A DNA stretch of 64,000 nt from Candidatus Peribacteria bacterium (GTDB lineage Bacteria; Patescibacteriota; Gracilibacteria; Peribacterales; Peribacteraceae), in NCBI GenBank assembly GCA_041691135.1, contig JBEPVF010000002.1, positions 96,001 to 160,000 of the forward strand. The letters are read 5' to 3'. The position numbers were made by a program, and so were the translations under genes. The notes below the pieces were generated by a model. That model was not told the origin of the DNA. It did not search any database and saw only the letters and a list, made by a program, of their open reading frames with translations. This document shows positions 60,167 to 64,000 of the stretch, piece by piece (the first letter of the stretch is position 1; every line of letters starts with the position of its first letter).

Positions 60167-60226
60167 ATTTTTATACTATCTCTGTTAAACAGCTGTGTTA
60201 AGCACAAAGTTAACAAGTATTTCTGC

Positions 60227-60334
60227 GGGAGAACAATTTTTTGCGATTGCCACTACGATACTGTTTTTTTGTATCACAACGGTGCGGATTCTTATTATGC
60301 CGCTCGGGGGTTCCGCGGTTTGCTGAGGGTCTGA
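60227..60334 (+). pseudogene. Inverted 3' fragment of a DUF4256 paralog
   Basis: Encodes FCDCHYDTVFLYHNGADSYYAARGFRGLLRV*; about 80% nt identity (hand count) to 59603-59710. Confidence 0.8.
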
Positions 60335-60389
60335 TTATCGCGGTGGCAGGTTCGTACTGTACCTTTAATTTCAGGAAAATCTTTAGTAG

Positions 60390-60755
60390 TGGGGCCGCCC
60401 ACTTCTCCCGAGGGAGAAGTATTGGGCAGCCCGGTTTCATTTCAGGCGATAACGGCATCAGCGCCGTTCTCGCCTTTCGTGTTCCTTAATGGCGGCGTAC
60501 ACGCCGCCGTTGCTGGCCCCATTAGCGGGGATGGTCCCGCTGGAGCCGTTTGGTCCGGCGAAGCGGACAGACCCATTTCCATCCTGCTGATATGTACGAC
60601 CGCTGCTGCTGTCGTACCACCAGCCCTGACGGCCGCCCTGACTTCCTCGGGTTTCCATGATCGAGACTCCGACGGTGAAAGTACATCCCCAGTACACTGG
60701 AGATGGCAACTGCGTGACCTGTCACGCAGCCAGGCCAAGCGTGGCCTAAATGCAT
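60390..60755 (-). other. Hairpin-dense GC-rich transcription unit (candidate ncRNA or structured mRNA)
   Basis: At least 7 stems, with G:U pairs favouring the minus strand; TTGACA promoter at 60783-60788 on the minus strand. Confidence 0.55.
60458..60658 (-). CDS. Small Gly/Ser-rich hypothetical protein (66 aa, METRGSQGG...KEHERRERR)
   Basis: GGAG 9 nt upstream of the ATG; protein-like composition; lies inside the structured unit. Confidence 0.45.
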   Translation of the reverse strand: METRGSQGGRQGWWYDSSSGRTYQQDGNGSVRFAGPNGSSGTIPANGASNGGVYAAIKEHERRERR

Positions 60756-60836
60756 GATTATTATTAATATAATTGTTTTTTATGTCAATACTTGGAGAAA
60801 TTTGACATTAATAACAAATTAATTTTTAATTCGCCC

Positions 60837-61910
60837 ATGCCTGAAGCCACTCCTCCACATACAACTCTTCTCTATTTTGAGGGTAATGCCACTGACATTC
60901 TTAACGATGCATTCCCCGACGAAGAAAATCGCACCCGAGCGTTTCGCGACCGGCTGATGTTTATTATCAACACGTATGCTTCACAGAATGATCAGGCTGG
61001 TCCTCAGTTGGCAGACCTCGTGGAATCACTTCCCTACAATAAAGAATTTGGCCACCAAGATGCACTGATCGCTCTGCAGATTTTACGAGAGACGAATGAA
61101 GCATTATATGAACTACTCGAGGATGATGAAGAATTTAAAGCCTCACTCCGAGGTTCGACAGATGATCCTGACGTAGACCGTGAAGTACGAGCTAGCGCAC
61201 GTGAGTTCAGTGACCATCATGATTTGTCGGGTAAGGATGCGATTGGTCGCGAGGCACGTGCGGCGGGAGATATGATCAATGATCGCGCAATCAGTGATAG
61301 TTTTTATGACGGCAAGTCCGCTAGAGGAGTGGAAGAGGATATTCATACATCTCATCGGGACGGCATTGGCGAATCAGTAACTGCTGACGTTCTTACCTAC
61401 GATGGAACATCGCCAGGTCCAGCATCAACCAACACTGCAGCAGAAAAATTAGGAGCAGATCAATCGCCTGTATCAACTTCAACACCGGAACCGCCGGATG
61501 CAGCCACGCGTCTCTTCGGAGAAAAGCCACGGCGAATCACTGTCGACACCCCTAAGTTCACGGGCAAGAACCCCGGTACTGTTTTTCGTGAAGCCATTGA
61601 TTGGCTTGCCAAAAATCTTATCGCCATTGCCAGCGGTACCTCTTCACAAGATAAGTTTCCCCGCATCGCTCCTATCATTGATGTAAAGTCAGGCGAAAAG
61701 TATTCCACTACCAGAGATGAATTGATGGATCTGGTGGAGGAAATACGATCTCGTTTCGGACGATTACGCTCTCCGTCGGGTGGCACGGATGTTCATGATC
61801 TCCTTATAAATTTCGATCCCAATAATCCAGCAGGTGCAATGGATATATTAAGAGGTCTGCTTGGAGGAGTAAAAAGAGAACACGATGGTGAGGGATGGAA
61901 GAATGCATGA
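60837..61910 (+). CDS. Acidic hypothetical protein
   Basis: 357-aa ORF with TTGACA-N17-TTTAAT ending 6 nt before the ATG. Confidence 0.7.
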   Translation: MPEATPPHTTLLYFEGNATDILNDAFPDEENRTRAFRDRLMFIINTYASQNDQAGPQLADLVESLPYNKEFGHQDALIALQILRETNEALYELLEDDEEFKASLRGSTDDPDVDREVRASAREFSDHHDLSGKDAIGREARAAGDMINDRAISDSFYDGKSARGVEEDIHTSHRDGIGESVTADVLTYDGTSPGPASTNTAAEKLGADQSPVSTSTPEPPDAATRLFGEKPRRITVDTPKFTGKNPGTVFREAIDWLAKNLIAIASGTSSQDKFPRIAPIIDVKSGEKYSTTRDELMDLVEEIRSRFGRLRSPSGGTDVHDLLINFDPNNPAGAMDILRGLLGGVKREHDGEGWKNA

Positions 61911-61912
61911 GC

Positions 61913-62347
61913 CTATTTTTTCCTTGCTGCCAGCCCATCCAATCCCGGCTTTTTCTCCGCAATTTTGAGGATTTTTTTGAGGATATCCAAATTCAGATCA
62001 TCCAATTTCTTAAAGCTGATGCAACTCTTGCCCACACTCACGTTCCCAAGCTCCTCCTTATACGTTTCCGCAAGGTACTGGCCATCCACAACGGCACAGA
62101 CATACAGACTGATGTAATTCTTTTGATTGGCGAGTCCGATTGTGTGCCATTGCAGTATCTCTTTCTTGTTGTTCTTGTACGGAAAAGAACCGTAGCCGAG
62201 CATGTTGGCCGCAAAGTGGGCCTTCAACGTGGGAGCTGCCTTCTGGATGAAGGCATGCAAAAATTCCAAGATTTCCCGACGCTCGGGCGTAGCAGCTTGC
62301 AGATACTCGTCCACTGTCTTCGCCTTTGTGGGCTTGAACATGTTCAT
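61913..62347 (-). CDS. DUF1801 (YdhG-like) protein, copy 2
   Basis: Close paralog of 51333-51764 (MNMFKP...MLGYGSF...VSVGKSCI). Confidence 0.85.
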   Translation of the reverse strand: MNMFKPTKAKTVDEYLQAATPERREILEFLHAFIQKAAPTLKAHFAANMLGYGSFPYKNNKKEILQWHTIGLANQKNYISLYVCAVVDGQYLAETYKEELGNVSVGKSCISFKKLDDLNLDILKKILKIAEKKPGLDGLAARKK

Positions 62348-62456
62348 AGACGTATTCTATCAGAACATCATTCTGGGTTGCATTCGAATAACTTGGATTA
62401 AGCCGAGCCATCCGTATTCATACGCAATACAACTATTCTTGTTATAGAATGCAGGT

Positions 62457-62732
62457 ATGAATCTTGACCAATGGAAATAGCAATTGGAACAGGACGGTTT
62501 TACCAATGTACACGTGTGTCCTATTCCACCGAATCAGGACTTGCCGGAACACACGCATGACAAGCACACAGTCCATATCATTCTCGATGGAGAATTGACC
62601 ATCATCGGTGCAGAGGGAACGTACACTGACAAGCTCGGCGATCGCGTGGAGTTTCCGGCTGGGACTGTGCACAAAGCGCGAGGTGCGACGGATACGGGAA
62701 CGACGATTATTGGGGTGAAGGGAGGGGCATAG
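62457..62732 (+). pseudogene. Cupin-domain gene with an in-frame TAG at codon 8
   Basis: MNLDQWK*QLEQDG...EHTH..HTVHIILDGEL...FPAGTVH. Confidence 0.65.
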
Positions 62733-62875
62733 ATTTAGCGACTACTTTAAACGCATGAAGCCAAATCGAGTCATTTTTCGTCACTACTCACGGTACTCAC
62801 ACCGTAACTAAGATAACCAAAGCCATTAAATTCGGTTATTGTTGACAAAATATTAAATGTTATTAAATTATAAAT

Positions 62876-64000
62876 ATGTTCAGCACTGAATATATCGCTT
62901 CCAACATCGGTTTTGCTGATTATCTTCTACGTCAACCCAAGATTAATGCCAGTGCTATAAAAAAGGCAGAGCAAGAAGCTGATCGTGGCAGGCATACAGC
63001 TGGTACCGCCGCTTTTTTTCGTCACTCAATGGCTCAGACAATAGATCAGTCACGTCCACGTTTTCGAAGTGCCTTCGATGCAGCAGTAAAAAATACACCT
63101 ATCGTGGTTGATGATAAAAATCGCTATACTCAGGAGATGGATACATTGAGCAACATTCTATTGGATGAGTTGTCTGTTGGTCGCAGGTTTTCAGCCATAC
63201 CCAATGAAGTTAATGAAATACATAACGTGACACACGAACTTGATCAAAATATTGAAGGGCATCTTCAGCAATCAGATGCCCTACAGGGTGACCGACCCGC
63301 AGAAATCGTACATCTTCTTTGGGATACGCAAATGACCCTTAGCATCCTATTAGGATTGGAAGCACGTGCTGCTGCCGGTGTTTCTATGAAAGGCAGAATG
63401 GTGGGTCTTCCCGTTCTTCTGTTGAACAATGTTTCGAAATCAATTGCCGCCCTCCAATTACGCCGTCTTCTGCGCAAGATCCCAAAGCTTGCTTTTGCAG
63501 TCGAGGATTTTGAAAAAAATCAGTACCGCGTACCTGGCATTCTTCCAGAAAAAGTGGACATTATGTTGGAGGAGGCAAAAAAAGCAAAAGGTCGTCTTAC
63601 AGTCGGAGCGGTTGATGCCAAATCCCATCTGCTCCTTGGGAAGGCATTGGAATTGACTGCAGGTACTTGTTGGGAAAACACAATCGGCGAACTACCCGAT
63701 GGAGAAATGGGCCTGATATCATCAAAGCCAATGGGAGATTTTGTTTACAGCTATCAGAGGTCAGATCAGCAGACGTTGAGAGAAATGGTAGAAATTGATA
63801 CGGATCATACTACTAAGTTATCGACGGATGATTCAGAACCATTTCCTATGTTCATAAGTAGCAAGGGTAACCTGTGCATTATAGAGAGTTGCCAGTTTGC
63901 GGGGCTCTCTCCTGAACTATTACCGGACAATTCAGTAAAGCAAATGAAAGATATCCTAGAAGGTTCGCGTTCAGGGATCATACGACTTATGCAAGCTCAA
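62876..64000 (+). CDS. Hypothetical protein, 3'-partial (absent from the ORF track because it has no stop in the window)
   Basis: ATG at 62876 after a TTGACA promoter; hand translation (MFSTEYIASNIGFADYLLRQ...) stays open for 375 codons to the window end. Confidence 0.75.
   Translation, partial: MFSTEYIASNIGFADYLLRQPKINASAIKKAEQEADRGRHTAGTAAFFRHSMAQTIDQSRPRFRSAFDAAVKNTPIVVDDKNRYTQEMDTLSNILLDELSVGRRFSAIPNEVNEIHNVTHELDQNIEGHLQQSDALQGDRPAEIVHLLWDTQMTLSILLGLEARAAAGVSMKGRMVGLPVLLLNNVSKSIAALQLRRLLRKIPKLAFAVEDFEKNQYRVPGILPEKVDIMLEEAKKAKGRLTVGAVDAKSHLLLGKALELTAGTCWENTIGELPDGEMGLISSKPMGDFVYSYQRSDQQTLREMVEIDTDHTTKLSTDDSEPFPMFISSKGNLCIIESCQFAGLSPELLPDNSVKQMKDILEGSRSGIIRLMQAQ

Noticed and set aside
59603-60334. 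Diversity-generating retroelement TR/VR pair (near-duplicate of a gene 3' end ending in GFRG)
   Set aside because: Mismatches include many C/T and synonymous third-position changes rather than being confined to template adenines, and no reverse transcriptase is present in the window.
1-64000. Alternative genetic code (UGA=Gly as in Gracilibacteria, or TAG recoding)
   Set aside because: Conserved genes are full length in code 11 and end at TGA (ileS) or TAG (alaS); the one in-frame TAG in the cupin gene is isolated.

Overview
Bacterial chromosomal window using the standard genetic code. Gene content (SLH proteins, a short AlaRS, IleRS with inserted domains, many orphan genes, leaderless starts) suggests a CPR/Patescibacteria genome, probably Peribacteria-like; this is inference. 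Bases 1-40 kb are mostly GC-rich housekeeping and envelope genes (RSH, asparaginase, ileS, MFS, FTR1, nth, carbonic anhydrase, ECF sigma/anti-sigma, TipA-like MerR, tmRNA, alaS, HTTM pair). This part is interrupted by a three-copy structured repeat and an AT-rich patch after tmRNA. Downstream of tRNA-Asn (40485-40559) is an accessory region. It starts with two tandem ~1320-aa SNF2-family ATPases, each with an N-terminal array of 4-5 divergent ~95-aa repeats I do not recognise plus an Ig-like domain, followed by a broken tyrosine recombinase. Short copies of the tRNA 3' end separate the cassettes. The best candidates for something new are: (1) the repeat-array/Ig/SNF2 island; (2) the ~235-nt covarying structured repeat; (3) a promoter-driven, hairpin-dense ~365-nt unit with a small ORF at 60.4-60.75 kb; (4) IleRS carrying two histidine-phosphatase domains. 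All calls come from reading motifs by eye; no database searches were run.
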